A stretch of 64,000 nt of DNA from contig OZ255842.1 of assembly GCA_965277805.1 (NCBI GenBank), forward strand, positions 3,072,001 to 3,136,000, written 5' to 3'. Below, piece by piece: positions 18,041 to 28,108 of the stretch. How positions within the stretch are numbered: position 1 is the first letter of the stretch; each line of letters starts with the position of its first letter. The notes below the pieces were generated by a model. It saw only the letters and a list, made by a program, of their open reading frames with translations, made no database searches and had not been told where the DNA came from. Source of the DNA: Candidatus Lustribacter sp. (lineage in GTDB: Bacteria > Vulcanimicrobiota > Vulcanimicrobiia > Vulcanimicrobiales > Vulcanimicrobiaceae). A program made the position numbers and the translations under genes.

Positions 18041-19816
18041 ATGCGGCCCTTCATCGCGGGTTTGGTTCGTCCGTATGCACCGGTATTGGTGCTCATTTTT
18101 GCTGCGATGCTGATCGAAACGGCGATGAGCTTGGCCGCACCGTGGCCGCTCAAAGTCATCCTCGACGACGTCGTCGGCCGGCACCATCTCCCGCCGGCGT
18201 TGGAGCGCGCGTTGGGGAACGCGGTCAACGACAAGCTGCAACTGGCGGGCATCGCGGCCGGCGCGTTTGTCGTCATCGCCGCGCTCGGGGCAGTAGCGAG
18301 CTATGTCGATAACTACTATACCGAAAGCGTCGGACAGTGGGTCGCGAACGACTTGCGGCTCGAGGTGTACGCGCACCTCGAACGCGTGTCGCTCGCGTAC
18401 TACGATCGGCACGAAACGGGCCAGCTGCTCAGCACGTTGACCGACGACATCATCACGATCCAGAACTTCGCCTCCGGCGCACTGCTCGGCATCCTCATCG
18501 ACGTGATGACGATTGCCGGCATGATCGGCCTGATGTTCTGGTTGAACTGGGACTTCGCGCTGATCGCGCTGGGAACGACCCCGTTCCTCCTCCTGATCGC
18601 GATGCGGCTCAAAGGTGCGGTGAAGCGCGCGACGCGCGAAGTACGGCGCCGTCAAAGCGACGTGCTGGCCGTGCTCCAAGAGGGTCTGCAATCGATCCGC
18701 TCGGTCAAAGCCTTCGGCCGCGAAACGCTCGAAACGGCGCACCTGCGCGACGCCAGCCGCGCAACGGTCAACGCGGCGCTCTCCGCCCGGCGCGTGAAGT
18801 CGATTCTCGCGCCGGTCGCCTCCGTCGTCGTGGCGCTCTGCACCGCGCTCGTGCTCTGGCGCGGCGCGGCGCTGATCCTGACGGGCGCCATGACGATCGG
18901 TGCGCTCACCGTCTTCCTGTCCTACCTCAACAAATTTTTCAAGCCGGTACAAGATCTAGCCAAGATGTCGAATTCGATCGCCCAGGCCGGCGTCGGCATC
19001 GAACGCGTTCGCGCGCTGCTCGAGATCGACGCGCTCATCCCGGATCCGGCCAAGCCGTACGATCCGGGCCGCGTGCGCGGCGCCATCGCATTCGACGACG
19101 TGACGTTTGCGTATGATACCGCGTTTCCGGTTCTGGCCGGCGTCACGTTTTCCGTCGCTCCGGGACAAACGGTCGGGATCGTCGGTGCGACGGGCGGCGG
19201 CAAGTCGACCATCATGAGCTTGATCCCGCGCTTCTATGATGCGACCGGCGGGCGCGTGTCCGTCGACGGCATCGACGTGCGCGACTACACGATCGAGGCC
19301 CTGCGGCGCCAGATCGCGTTCGTGTTGCAAGATACCGTGCTCTTCTGGGGCACGATCCGCGAGAACATCGCCTACGGGCGTACCGATGCGACTGCCGACG
19401 AGATCGTCGAAGCCGCGCGCGTCGCCAACGCACACGACTTCATCGTCCGGCTGCCCGACGGGTACGATACGGCGGTCGGCGAGCGCGGCCTCACGCTCTC
19501 GGGCGGTCAGCGCCAGCGCATCGGGATCGCCCGCGCGGTCGTGCGCGACGCACCGATTCTGCTGCTCGACGAGCCGACGGCCGCGCTCGACACCGAATCC
19601 GAGCGGCTCGTCATCGAGGCGCTGGGCCGGTTGATGAAGGGCCGCACCGTCGTCACCATCGCGCACCGGCTGAGCACGATCCGGGACGCCGACAGCATCA
19701 TCGTGCTCAAAGGTGGGCGAATCTGCGAGCAGGGAAGCCATGCCGAGCTACTCCAACGCGGCGGCGCCTACGCCGAACTCAACAACGCGCAGTTCGGTCC
19801 GGCACCTGCATCCTAG
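18041..19816 (+). CDS. ABC exporter, fused permease/ATP-binding (MsbA-like)
   Basis: Transmembrane N-half; Walker A 'GATGGGKST', 'LSGGQRQR', 'LLDEPT'. Confidence 0.92.
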   Translation: MRPFIAGLVRPYAPVLVLIFAAMLIETAMSLAAPWPLKVILDDVVGRHHLPPALERALGNAVNDKLQLAGIAAGAFVVIAALGAVASYVDNYYTESVGQWVANDLRLEVYAHLERVSLAYYDRHETGQLLSTLTDDIITIQNFASGALLGILIDVMTIAGMIGLMFWLNWDFALIALGTTPFLLLIAMRLKGAVKRATREVRRRQSDVLAVLQEGLQSIRSVKAFGRETLETAHLRDASRATVNAALSARRVKSILAPVASVVVALCTALVLWRGAALILTGAMTIGALTVFLSYLNKFFKPVQDLAKMSNSIAQAGVGIERVRALLEIDALIPDPAKPYDPGRVRGAIAFDDVTFAYDTAFPVLAGVTFSVAPGQTVGIVGATGGGKSTIMSLIPRFYDATGGRVSVDGIDVRDYTIEALRRQIAFVLQDTVLFWGTIRENIAYGRTDATADEIVEAARVANAHDFIVRLPDGYDTAVGERGLTLSGGQRQRIGIARAVVRDAPILLLDEPTAALDTESERLVIEALGRLMKGRTVVTIAHRLSTIRDADSIIVLKGGRICEQGSHAELLQRGGAYAELNNAQFGPAPAS

Positions 19817-19829
19817 AGGCTCGACGTTC

Positions 19830-20816
19830 ATGGCATCCCGCTCCGTTCTCGTGCTGCCCGACGATTCTCCCAAGGCGATCGTGGACGCCATTGCGGGCGC
19901 GCAGCGTTCGCTGCGCATCAAGATGTTCGTGTTCGACGACGCCGAGCTGCTCGCCGCGGTCATCGCGGCGAAGGCGCGCGGGATCGACGTGCGGGTTATG
20001 CTCAATCCGGCTCGCCGTAACGGCGAAGACGACTGCCGAGAAACGCGGGCGGCCCTCATCGCCGCAGGCGTCGCCGTCAAGGCGAGTTCGCCCGCCTTCG
20101 ACCTCACCCACGAGAAGTCGATGGTCGTCGATGAGGCCGCCGCCTTTATCCAATCGCTCAACTGGACGACGAAAGACCTCACCGAGACCCGCGATTACGC
20201 GATCGTCACCAACCACGTCAAGGAAGTGCGTGAAGTCGCGGGCTGCTTCGATGCCGACTGGAGCCGTCAGGCGTTCGTGCCGCCGGAGGGCTCGCATCTG
20301 ATCTGGTGCCCCGATACCGGGCGCGACCGCATCTGCCGTTTCATCGATGCCGCCCGGGAGACGCTCTTCGTGCAAAACGAGCGCTACCAGGATACGGTCG
20401 TCATCGAGCGTCTGGTGCGCGCCGCGCGCCGCGGCGTGGCCGTTCACGCGATGGTTCCGGCGCCCCACACGCTCAAACTCGACAAGCTCGTCGAAGCCGT
20501 CGGGGGATTGCGCATTCTCGACGACGTCGGCGTGAAAGTGCACCGGCTGCGCCACCTCAAGTTGCACGGCAAACTGTTCCTCGCCGATGGCCGGGCGGCG
20601 CTGGTGGGCTCGATCAACCTCGCGCCGGGCAGCCTCGACGGCCGCCGCGAACTCGCGATCGAAGTGCACGACGATATCGTCATCGGCCGCTTGCAGCAAA
20701 CCGCACACCACGATTGGAAAAATTCCGCACCGCTCGACCTGAGCGATGCCGGCTTGCTGGCCGATATCCACGACCGCAGCGACGCGGCGAACCTGCTCGT
20801 ACTCAAGGAGAAATGA
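19830..20816 (+). CDS. phospholipase D family protein (two HKD motifs)
   Basis: 'THEKSMVVD' and 'LHGKLFLAD...GSIN'. Confidence 0.88.
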   Translation: MASRSVLVLPDDSPKAIVDAIAGAQRSLRIKMFVFDDAELLAAVIAAKARGIDVRVMLNPARRNGEDDCRETRAALIAAGVAVKASSPAFDLTHEKSMVVDEAAAFIQSLNWTTKDLTETRDYAIVTNHVKEVREVAGCFDADWSRQAFVPPEGSHLIWCPDTGRDRICRFIDAARETLFVQNERYQDTVVIERLVRAARRGVAVHAMVPAPHTLKLDKLVEAVGGLRILDDVGVKVHRLRHLKLHGKLFLADGRAALVGSINLAPGSLDGRRELAIEVHDDIVIGRLQQTAHHDWKNSAPLDLSDAGLLADIHDRSDAANLLVLKEK

Positions 20817-21334
20817 TGCGCCTTCCGATTCTCGTCGCGTTGATGCTGCTGGCCACGGCCCGTTCCGCCGTCGCGCAACCCGCGCCGGCCGCGCTGATCA
20901 ACGTTGGCACCTGCGATCCGCAAAAGTCCACCACGGTCGCAGCGTATTCGGCGTTCGCGCCCGCGTACTACCCGTTCGCACCCTACTACTGGAACGACCC
21001 GTACGGGTTCCAGTACAGTCAGCTCGCGCCGATCCCGGCCAACGGCACGTTGTCGATCGATTACACGAACGTCACGAGCAAGGTCATGACCACGATCGAC
21101 TTCGGCCTCGTGGCGCGCGGCAAGCTGGTCGCCGAAGTACGCGACGTCGGCAAATTTTCACCGCACATCGAGATCAAGCACCAGTTCGGTTTGGACCGCA
21201 ACGTCTTTCCGCTGCGCACGGCGCTCTCGAAGTGCGTGCCGCTGCACATCGTCTACGCCGATCAAACGACCTGGACGAATCCGAACCTGCCGCCCGCCGA
21301 TAAGCACATGCGGGGCCGCCACCACAAGAGCTGA
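20813..21334 (+). CDS. secreted hypothetical protein (paralog of 17491..17937)
   Basis: ATGA overlap; signal peptide; 'LSIDYTN..TTIDFG..VAEVRDVGKFSPHIEIKHQF..YADQTTW'. Confidence 0.7.
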   Translation: MMRLPILVALMLLATARSAVAQPAPAALINVGTCDPQKSTTVAAYSAFAPAYYPFAPYYWNDPYGFQYSQLAPIPANGTLSIDYTNVTSKVMTTIDFGLVARGKLVAEVRDVGKFSPHIEIKHQFGLDRNVFPLRTALSKCVPLHIVYADQTTWTNPNLPPADKHMRGRHHKS

Positions 21335-21343
21335 GCCGAACGG

Positions 21344-21811
21344 TTAGAGCTGGCGGGCGAGCGACTCGATGGCGGCGCGAAACTTGGCGTGGTCGACGGC
21401 GAAATGCTTTTCGATCACGCCGAGCTTACCCGGCCGAATTCCCGAATTGGGACGCACCGGCTCGAACGAGCCGCGGATGATCCGGCCGCCGTTGCGCGAC
21501 ATGCCGAGATCGATCGTGGAGCAATGCGCGGTGCCGGTTTGGTCGGCCCGAACGTGGCACAATAGCGTGAGCCGAACCAGACCTTCGCACTCGATGAATA
21601 CCGGCGTCTCCGACGGTTTGGCGGCGATTGGTAAGCGCACTGGTTCGCCGATGGCTTTATCCCGCAGCCCCAAAAGGCCGCCAAGGAGCGCCGCCGCGAC
21701 AGTTTCAGAGTACAGAAAGCGCGCTTGGAATTCGCGCTCATACGCATCTTGTCGTGGATCGCTACGGCCGCGCTTCTGGTCGTTCTCGCGCAGGATGTCT
21801 TCGATCCCCAT
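21344..21811 (-). CDS. hypothetical protein
   Basis: Protein-like ORF filling the gap; GGGGAG before ATG 21811; no motif recognised. Confidence 0.5.
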   Translation of the reverse strand: MGIEDILRENDQKRGRSDPRQDAYEREFQARFLYSETVAAALLGGLLGLRDKAIGEPVRLPIAAKPSETPVFIECEGLVRLTLLCHVRADQTGTAHCSTIDLGMSRNGGRIIRGSFEPVRPNSGIRPGKLGVIEKHFAVDHAKFRAAIESLARQL

Positions 21812-22047
21812 AAGCTCCCCACAATCCAACCCCTTGCTTGGGTGATCCTGCGCCGCCATAGAGCGTGCTGCGTAAAGAACCGGTAGCCGGCCGTGAATCG
21901 AAGTTCGCGCGTAATTAACCCTCCGAGCACACGGTTCACGAGGGATTCGGGAGGGCGTTCGCGTCCCGGAAAGAACCGATCCGCGTTCGTAGAGCGTACA
22001 AATGTTCGCCTAGCGAAAACATTGCGCCCGGTTCGAGGAGTGGTAGC

Positions 22048-23820
22048 GTGGCCGTATCCATCGCCGCCGAAGTGATCGACACCGATGTCCTGGTGCTCGG
22101 CGGCGGCTTCGGAGGCGCCTGGGCTGCGCTGCGCGCGAGCGAGCTTGGTGCCGACGTCGTGCTGGTCGAAAAGGCGCACGTGGCACGCAGCGGTGCGTCC
22201 ACCATGTCAGGTGGCGTAACGACCTGCCCGATCGATTCCGACGACTTGAACATTTGGGCCGAAGAGTTCATCTCCCACGGCGCCTATATGTGCGATCAGG
22301 ACTGGACGTGGCAGTTGCTCGAGGGCGCGCGCGAGCGCGTCAAGACGATCGCGTCATGGGACATACCGATCTCGCGCGACGAGGACGGCGCAATCCGGCG
22401 CTTCGCGAGCCGCGGCATGGTCGACGTCCGCTGTATGCAGTACCACCCGAAAAAGACGATGGAAGAATTGCGCCGCCGCAATCTCGCCCAGGGCGTGCGC
22501 ATCTACGATCGCGTCGCTGCCGTCGATCTGCTCACGAGTGACGGCCTGCACCCGACGAAGGGCAGCATCACGGGTTGCCTCGGCTTCGGCGTGCGCGACG
22601 GCATGTCGTACATCTTCCGCGCCAAACGCACGATCCTCGCAATGGGCGTCATGGCGATGAAGGGCAAATGGCACATCGACAACGTCACCGGCGACGGCGC
22701 GGCAATCGCGTACCGGGCCGGCACGCGGCTCGTCGATCTCGAGATGGGTTGCGGCGGCACGTTCACCGTTCTCATGAAGAACTACGATCTCGGCGGTTAC
22801 AACATCGCCGTCGCGCACGGCGCGCAACTGATCAACGCGGCGGGCGAGCGGTTCATGGCGCAGTACGACCCGCTACGCTTCGAACGCAGCGAACTCTCGC
22901 GCGTCGTTGCGGCTTTCGTCAAAGAGATCAACGACGGGCGCGGCCCGTGCTACATCGATTTGCGTACCTGCGATGCGTCGTACTGGTCGGACCTCGAAAC
23001 GGTCTGGTCGCGCAATTCGCAGATTCTCCTTTCCGATCACATCCCCAATCCGCGCGAGCACCCACTGCTGATCGAACCGCAATGGGGCGCCTGGGCACAC
23101 GGGATGAGCGGCGTGCAGATCGATCTGCAGTGCCGCTCCAATCTCGACGGCCTCTTCGCCACCGGATCGAACGCCAAGAACAAAGCGACCGGCACACACT
23201 CCAGTGCCGGCAGCCCGACGGCCTTCGCGATGAACAGCGGATACTACGCCGGGCAAACCGCGGCCCGCGAAGCGCGCGACCTGCCGCTGCCGCAACTCAA
23301 CACCGGCGACGTGCGAGACCTCATCGAAGCGATGCGCGCACCGCTGACGCGCCCGCGGCAAGGTCTCTCGCCCGACGACATCCACGATCGCATGGCATGG
23401 CTCGAAACCTCGGTCGTGGACGGGGTGCTGAACAACGCCGGCAAGCTGCACCGCAAACTCGGGGTCGTCGAGGAGATGCAGGCCGCGCTCGACGCGTGTC
23501 ACGCGCCCGATCCCCACGAGCTCGCCAAGTTTCACGAAGCGCGCAACATCGTCGAGTTCGCCCGGGCGCAGTATCTCTCGGCGCTCGATCGCACCGAAAG
23601 CCGCGAATCGTTTTACCGCGAAGACTTTCCGGAAACGAATGACGATGAATGGTTCGCTTGGCACGGTATCACGCGTGCCGCGGACGGCAGCGCGGTTTTC
23701 GACCGGGAACGCATTCCACTGGAACGCTTTCCGCTGCAGCCGCCGTTCATCGGCGGACGCCGCTTGAGCCCGGTGGCCGCGATGATGAACGGCACGTACG
23801 ATGCCGCCGCCTATGCATAA
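22048..23820 (+). CDS. FAD-dependent oxidoreductase, SdhA/FrdA/AprA flavoprotein family
   Basis: 'DVLVLGGGFGG', 'VEKAHVARSGA', 'TGDG', 'LINAAGERFM..Y', 'RTESR..YREDFPE'. Confidence 0.88.
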   Translation: MAVSIAAEVIDTDVLVLGGGFGGAWAALRASELGADVVLVEKAHVARSGASTMSGGVTTCPIDSDDLNIWAEEFISHGAYMCDQDWTWQLLEGARERVKTIASWDIPISRDEDGAIRRFASRGMVDVRCMQYHPKKTMEELRRRNLAQGVRIYDRVAAVDLLTSDGLHPTKGSITGCLGFGVRDGMSYIFRAKRTILAMGVMAMKGKWHIDNVTGDGAAIAYRAGTRLVDLEMGCGGTFTVLMKNYDLGGYNIAVAHGAQLINAAGERFMAQYDPLRFERSELSRVVAAFVKEINDGRGPCYIDLRTCDASYWSDLETVWSRNSQILLSDHIPNPREHPLLIEPQWGAWAHGMSGVQIDLQCRSNLDGLFATGSNAKNKATGTHSSAGSPTAFAMNSGYYAGQTAAREARDLPLPQLNTGDVRDLIEAMRAPLTRPRQGLSPDDIHDRMAWLETSVVDGVLNNAGKLHRKLGVVEEMQAALDACHAPDPHELAKFHEARNIVEFARAQYLSALDRTESRESFYREDFPETNDDEWFAWHGITRAADGSAVFDRERIPLERFPLQPPFIGGRRLSPVAAMMNGTYDAAAYA

Positions 23821-24058
23821 CGACCGTTTGGTCATCGACCTCACGCTCTGCGACGGCTGCGGCGTGTGCGTCGACTCGTGTCCGACCGACGTGCTGCGCA
23901 TGGATGCGGACGCAAAGAAAGTCACGATCGCTTATGCCAACGACTGCCAGGCATGCTACCTGTGCCAGGACGACTGTCCGCAGCATTGCATCGCCGTCAG
24001 CTTCAGCTCCCAAAATCCGCGCCGCAAGAGCATCTACGACTTGCTCGACATCGCATGA
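23813..24058 (+). CDS. 2x[4Fe-4S] ferredoxin (AprB-like partner)
   Basis: 'CDGCGVCVDSCP' and 'CQACYLCQDDCP'. Confidence 0.9.
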   Translation: MHNDRLVIDLTLCDGCGVCVDSCPTDVLRMDADAKKVTIAYANDCQACYLCQDDCPQHCIAVSFSSQNPRRKSIYDLLDIA

Positions 24059-24873
24059 CCGTGCCGCTCCCGCTTTTCATCAACGCCGGGGGCATCAAGA
24101 CGCACGTTTACGTAGCGGGTGAAGGCGGCCGCTACCCGGTCGTGTTCGTGCACGGCGGCGGACTCGGGTCCGACTCCCACTCTTGGCTCGGCGCCATGTC
24201 GCAGCTCGCGCGCCGCACCTACGCGTTCGACACGGTCGGCTTTGGCCGCTCCGCGGCGCCCGCGCTGACCTACGACAGCGCGTTGATCGCGCGGCACTTA
24301 CTCGACGTGCTCGACGTACTCTTCCTCGACCGGGCGATTCTCGTCGGCCACTCGCTCGGCGCTACCACCGTCGCGCGGTTCGCCGTCGCGCATCCCGCGC
24401 GCGTGGCGGCCGCGGTGATGGTCGCGCCCGGCGGCGGTTCGGTCGGCCTCAAGTACCACAGCGACGGTCACGCGGCCATGGCCCGCGTTCTCACCGATCC
24501 TTCGTTCGAGAACGTGCGCGCGTTGGCCGCACTGATGCGCGCGAACGACGATCACGCCGACGAAGACGCAGCCCATCGCCTGGAGGTCGCGAGGGCGCCG
24601 GGAGTTCTCGCCGCGCTTCGCGCTTACGGCGCCGCCCCGGCAGCCGGCAGCCTCGAGGAGACGTTGCCGCAGCTCTCGATACCGTTCATGCTGATGTGGG
24701 GCACCGCCGAACGCTTCAACCCGCCGGATCTGGGCGACCGGATCGCCGCCAAGCTCCCCAATCTCACGCGCTATGCGGTCTTCGAAGGTGCGGGCCACTA
24801 CATTCAGTACGATGCACCGGATCGCTTTTGCTCGACCCTATCCAACTTCTTCGATGACGTGGAGGCAGCCTGA
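24055..24873 (+). CDS. alpha/beta fold hydrolase
   Basis: 'VFVHGGG', 'GFGRS', 'GHSLG', 'GAGH'. Confidence 0.88.
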   Translation: MTVPLPLFINAGGIKTHVYVAGEGGRYPVVFVHGGGLGSDSHSWLGAMSQLARRTYAFDTVGFGRSAAPALTYDSALIARHLLDVLDVLFLDRAILVGHSLGATTVARFAVAHPARVAAAVMVAPGGGSVGLKYHSDGHAAMARVLTDPSFENVRALAALMRANDDHADEDAAHRLEVARAPGVLAALRAYGAAPAAGSLEETLPQLSIPFMLMWGTAERFNPPDLGDRIAAKLPNLTRYAVFEGAGHYIQYDAPDRFCSTLSNFFDDVEAA

Positions 24874-25841
24874 TGATCCAAAACCGACGTCACTTCGTTG
24901 CCGGCACCGCAGCGGTGCTGGCCGGTTCGATGATGTCGAACGCCTCGGCCCAAAGCATGACCAACCTCGAGCTGGGAGACGTGTCGAAAACCGCCACCAG
25001 CTGGCCGATGGAAATCGCCCGCGTCAACGGCTTCTTCACCAAGCAAAAGCTCAACATCGACACCACCTACGTCGGCAACAATCCGGGTGTCGCGCAACAG
25101 GTCGTCGGCAGCGCGCTCGACCTCGGGCTCACCACCGTCGAGACGGCGATCCGCGCCGTCGAGAGCGGCGCGCCGATCGTGATGATCTCGAGCGTCATGC
25201 TGAAGTTTCCGTACAACTTCATGGCCGCGACATCGATCAATGCTCCGGCCGACCTCAAAGGCAAGAAGATCATCCTGGATCTGCCGAAAAGCTATCTTTC
25301 CTACACGTGGGCGCGCTGGTCGAAAGCGAATCATCTCCAGCCCGACGACGTCGAAATCGTGTATGACGGCTCCTCCACCAACCGCTTTGCAGCTCTTGTG
25401 GCCGGCGCTGTCCAGCTGGCGCCCGTATTGCAACCGCTCGATCTGATGGCACAAGACCGCGGTTTCAAGAAATTCATCCAGATGAGCATCTTTGCACCGA
25501 ATTTCGGCTTTGACGCGCTCGTCGCGCGCAAGGCCTGGCTGCAAACGAACGGCGCGACCGCACGCGCGTTCATTAAAGCCGCCGCCGATGCCGTCGATTA
25601 CTTTTACGACAAGAAGAATCGGGACGCGTCGATCAATGCGCTCGTCGAGTTCTCGAAGGTCGACGCACCGACGGCCGCCCGCGTGTACGACTACTACGTG
25701 AACGACCTGCACCCGTATGCAAAAGGAATGGCGCTCCCCGACGCGTACGTGAAAACGGTGTCCGATTATCTCGTCGTCTCGGGCGATCTAAAATCCGCCG
25801 GGCCGCCCTCGAAATACGTTGACCATAGCTTCCTTCCTTGA
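24873..25841 (+). CDS. NitT/TauT ABC substrate-binding protein (Tat signal)
   Basis: 'NRRHFV' Tat motif; 'DLKGKKI'; 'RFAALVAG'. Confidence 0.85.
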   Translation: MIQNRRHFVAGTAAVLAGSMMSNASAQSMTNLELGDVSKTATSWPMEIARVNGFFTKQKLNIDTTYVGNNPGVAQQVVGSALDLGLTTVETAIRAVESGAPIVMISSVMLKFPYNFMAATSINAPADLKGKKIILDLPKSYLSYTWARWSKANHLQPDDVEIVYDGSSTNRFAALVAGAVQLAPVLQPLDLMAQDRGFKKFIQMSIFAPNFGFDALVARKAWLQTNGATARAFIKAAADAVDYFYDKKNRDASINALVEFSKVDAPTAARVYDYYVNDLHPYAKGMALPDAYVKTVSDYLVVSGDLKSAGPPSKYVDHSFLP

Positions 25842-26605
25842 ATAAAGTCGCGGTTGCACGCGGCACCGTTTCCTTCGCCGCTGCCATCGCCGGTTGGGAA
25901 CTGATCGCGCGTTTCGCGGTCCATAATTCGCTGTTTCTCGCCGGCCCGATCGCCGTCGCTCAAAAGAGCGTCGAACTCTGGGGCACCGGCGAGTTACAGA
26001 AAAATCTGCTGACGAGCTGGAGCGAATTCGCGATCGGTTTCGCGCTCTCGGCCGTCGTCGGAATCGGCGTAGGCGTCTTGCTCGCGCACTCGCAAAAGGC
26101 ACGGCACTACATCGACCCCTGGGTGTCGATGCTCTACGCGACCCCGCTGATCGCGCTCGGGCCCGTCTTCATCCTGTGGCTCGGCATCGGCCTGACCGCG
26201 AAGGTCGCGGTCATTTTCCTCACCGCGGTGTTTCCAATTTTGCTCAACACGGTCTCCGGGTTGCGCGAAACCGATCCGCAACTAGTGGAAGTGGCGTACT
26301 CGTTCGGCGGCAACGAATCGCAAGTTTACCGTTTCATTCGTTTCCCGGCAGCGCTGCCGTTCATCATCGTCGGTTTGCGTCTGGGGATCGCCCGTGCGCT
26401 CGTCGGCATTGTGGTCGCGGAATTCTTCGGCGCTCGCGCGGGGGTCGGGTTCATGATCCTCACATCGGCGCAAACGTTCGATACGGCGTCGGTCTTCCTG
26501 GGCGTGATTATCCTCGCGATCGCCGGCGTCGGCAGCACCGAGTTCCTCAAGTGGCTCGAGATGCGGCTCGCGCCTTGGCGCTATTCGATCGGCCAACCAG
26601 AATAG
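25838..26605 (+). CDS. NitT/TauT ABC permease
   Basis: Multiple TM helices; 'YATPLIALGP', 'EVAYSFGG', 'PAALPFI', 'VVAEFFG'. Confidence 0.9.
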   Translation: MNKVAVARGTVSFAAAIAGWELIARFAVHNSLFLAGPIAVAQKSVELWGTGELQKNLLTSWSEFAIGFALSAVVGIGVGVLLAHSQKARHYIDPWVSMLYATPLIALGPVFILWLGIGLTAKVAVIFLTAVFPILLNTVSGLRETDPQLVEVAYSFGGNESQVYRFIRFPAALPFIIVGLRLGIARALVGIVVAEFFGARAGVGFMILTSAQTFDTASVFLGVIILAIAGVGSTEFLKWLEMRLAPWRYSIGQPE

Positions 26606-26643
26606 CGCCAAGGCGATAACCACGAGGAGCGTGTCGAAGGGTG

Positions 26644-27033
26644 TCAGTTGTCGAAGTCAACTTCGAACAGATACGACCCGGGGGTCGCAGTGCAGTTCTG
26701 AACGGCGGGGCTGAACTTGCTGGCGCGAGCGGCGTCGAGCGCAGCACGGTCGAGCACGCCGTAGCCGGATGATTTCGCGACCTCAGCACCGATGAGGTTG
26801 CCGGAGGCATCGATATCAACCTGAACCAGCGTTTTGCCGGCGAGGTGGAATTGGTTGGCGATGTCGGGCCGGTCGGCAACCGCGGCGTACGTGGTCGCTG
26901 CTTGAACGTTCGGAACGCTGCAGCCCGGGGCGTCAACGCCCTGTGCGCCGGCGGGAGTGATGCCGGCCGCCAGCGGCGCGACCGCAAAAAACGCGGCGAC
27001 CGTCAAACGGGCAAACGTGGTAGACGTATTCAC
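26644..27033 (-). CDS. small secreted TonB C-terminal-domain protein
   Basis: AGGAG RBS; signal peptide; 'VQVDIDASG....VAKSSGYGVLDRAALDAARASKFSPA'. Confidence 0.8.
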   Translation of the reverse strand: MNTSTTFARLTVAAFFAVAPLAAGITPAGAQGVDAPGCSVPNVQAATTYAAVADRPDIANQFHLAGKTLVQVDIDASGNLIGAEVAKSSGYGVLDRAALDAARASKFSPAVQNCTATPGSYLFEVDFDN

Positions 27034-27213
27034 GATATGGCTCTCCTGTTACGGCCACGCAAATGCGGGCCTGAGGAGAGACTAGTCAGCCGCGGTAAAA
27101 AGCCGGTTACTGCCCACTTGTACGGATAAGACGTACGGATGAGCGTGTTCGCGCTCGCCCGCTAATTGCAAAATTGCGTTAACCCCCTCGTAACCAAAAG
27201 CGAGTTAACGCAC

Positions 27214-27966
27214 ATGATCGCAGTAGCACCGGCGCCCGCGTCTCCACTCTACGATAACGATCGGATCGAAGTCCGGATCCTCGACGGGACGACGTTCTTC
27301 GGCGGCCGCGAGATCAAGCTCACCGACCGCGAGTTCGCCATCCTTGCGGCGATGGCGCTGAACCGTCAGGCCCTCAACCGCGATGAGTGGTGCGATAAGC
27401 TCTGGCCGGATCGCGATGCGGATTCCGCCGCCAGCCTCCTCAAAGTCTACGTCCACCGGATACGCGCCAAATTCGGCACGGCTGGGATCATCGAAACCCA
27501 GGGCAACGGCTACCGCCTCGGGCGGCACGTCGCGATCGACGTCCACCGGTTCGAGGAGATAGCGCGCCGGCACGACGTTTCGCACGACCCGCTCGGCGGC
27601 GACGTGTTCGCGATCGTCGCGGGGGCATTCGAGAGCATCAAGGACCGCCTCTACCGTCGCATCGCCTCGCTCGAATATTACGAAGAACTGGAGCGCCGTT
27701 TCGTCGCGATCGGAGTCGAACTCGCGCGCCTTCTCGTGCACGACGCCTTCCTGCGCGGTGACACGGCGTACGCAGCACGCATTGCGGAAGAGCTGGTCTC
27801 CCTCGATCCCTACGACGACGTCGCGGCGGAACTGTTCATCCGCGCGCAGTTGCTGCTCGGCCGCCAGGATGCGGCGGCGCGCCATTTTCGCACCTTCTGC
27901 CGGACGCTGCGTGACGAACTCGACGTGCCGCCGCCGGCCCACCTCACGCAGCTGTTCGCGCGATGA
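27214..27966 (+). CDS. winged-helix + BTAD-like transcriptional activator (SARP-like, no ATPase)
   Basis: 'LTDREFAIL', 'LWPD..LKVYVHRIRAK..IET..NGYRL', 'DPYDD', 'LRDELDVPPP'. Confidence 0.8.
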   Translation: MIAVAPAPASPLYDNDRIEVRILDGTTFFGGREIKLTDREFAILAAMALNRQALNRDEWCDKLWPDRDADSAASLLKVYVHRIRAKFGTAGIIETQGNGYRLGRHVAIDVHRFEEIARRHDVSHDPLGGDVFAIVAGAFESIKDRLYRRIASLEYYEELERRFVAIGVELARLLVHDAFLRGDTAYAARIAEELVSLDPYDDVAAELFIRAQLLLGRQDAAARHFRTFCRTLRDELDVPPPAHLTQLFAR

Positions 27967-28108
27967 ACCCGGCCGATGCCATGTATCTCCTTCGCCTTGC
28001 GGCGTTCCTCGCGGCATGCGCTTGGGGGAGTGTCAGCCCCCTCGCCCGTAATCGTACGCGGGACAAGCAGTAGCCGATTGTCCCTCATTCTCGTTTGGGG
28101 GAAATGCG

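Noticed and set aside
22048-24058. Calling these genes aprAB or sdhA
   Set aside because: No sat, qmo, dsr, sdhB or membrane anchor in the window; only family-level similarity is supportable.
27120-27210. Direct repeat GTACGGAT (x2) and CGTTAAC/GTTAACG dyad as SARP binding sites
   Set aside because: The 13-nt period does not fit the usual 11-nt SARP spacing, and there are only two copies.
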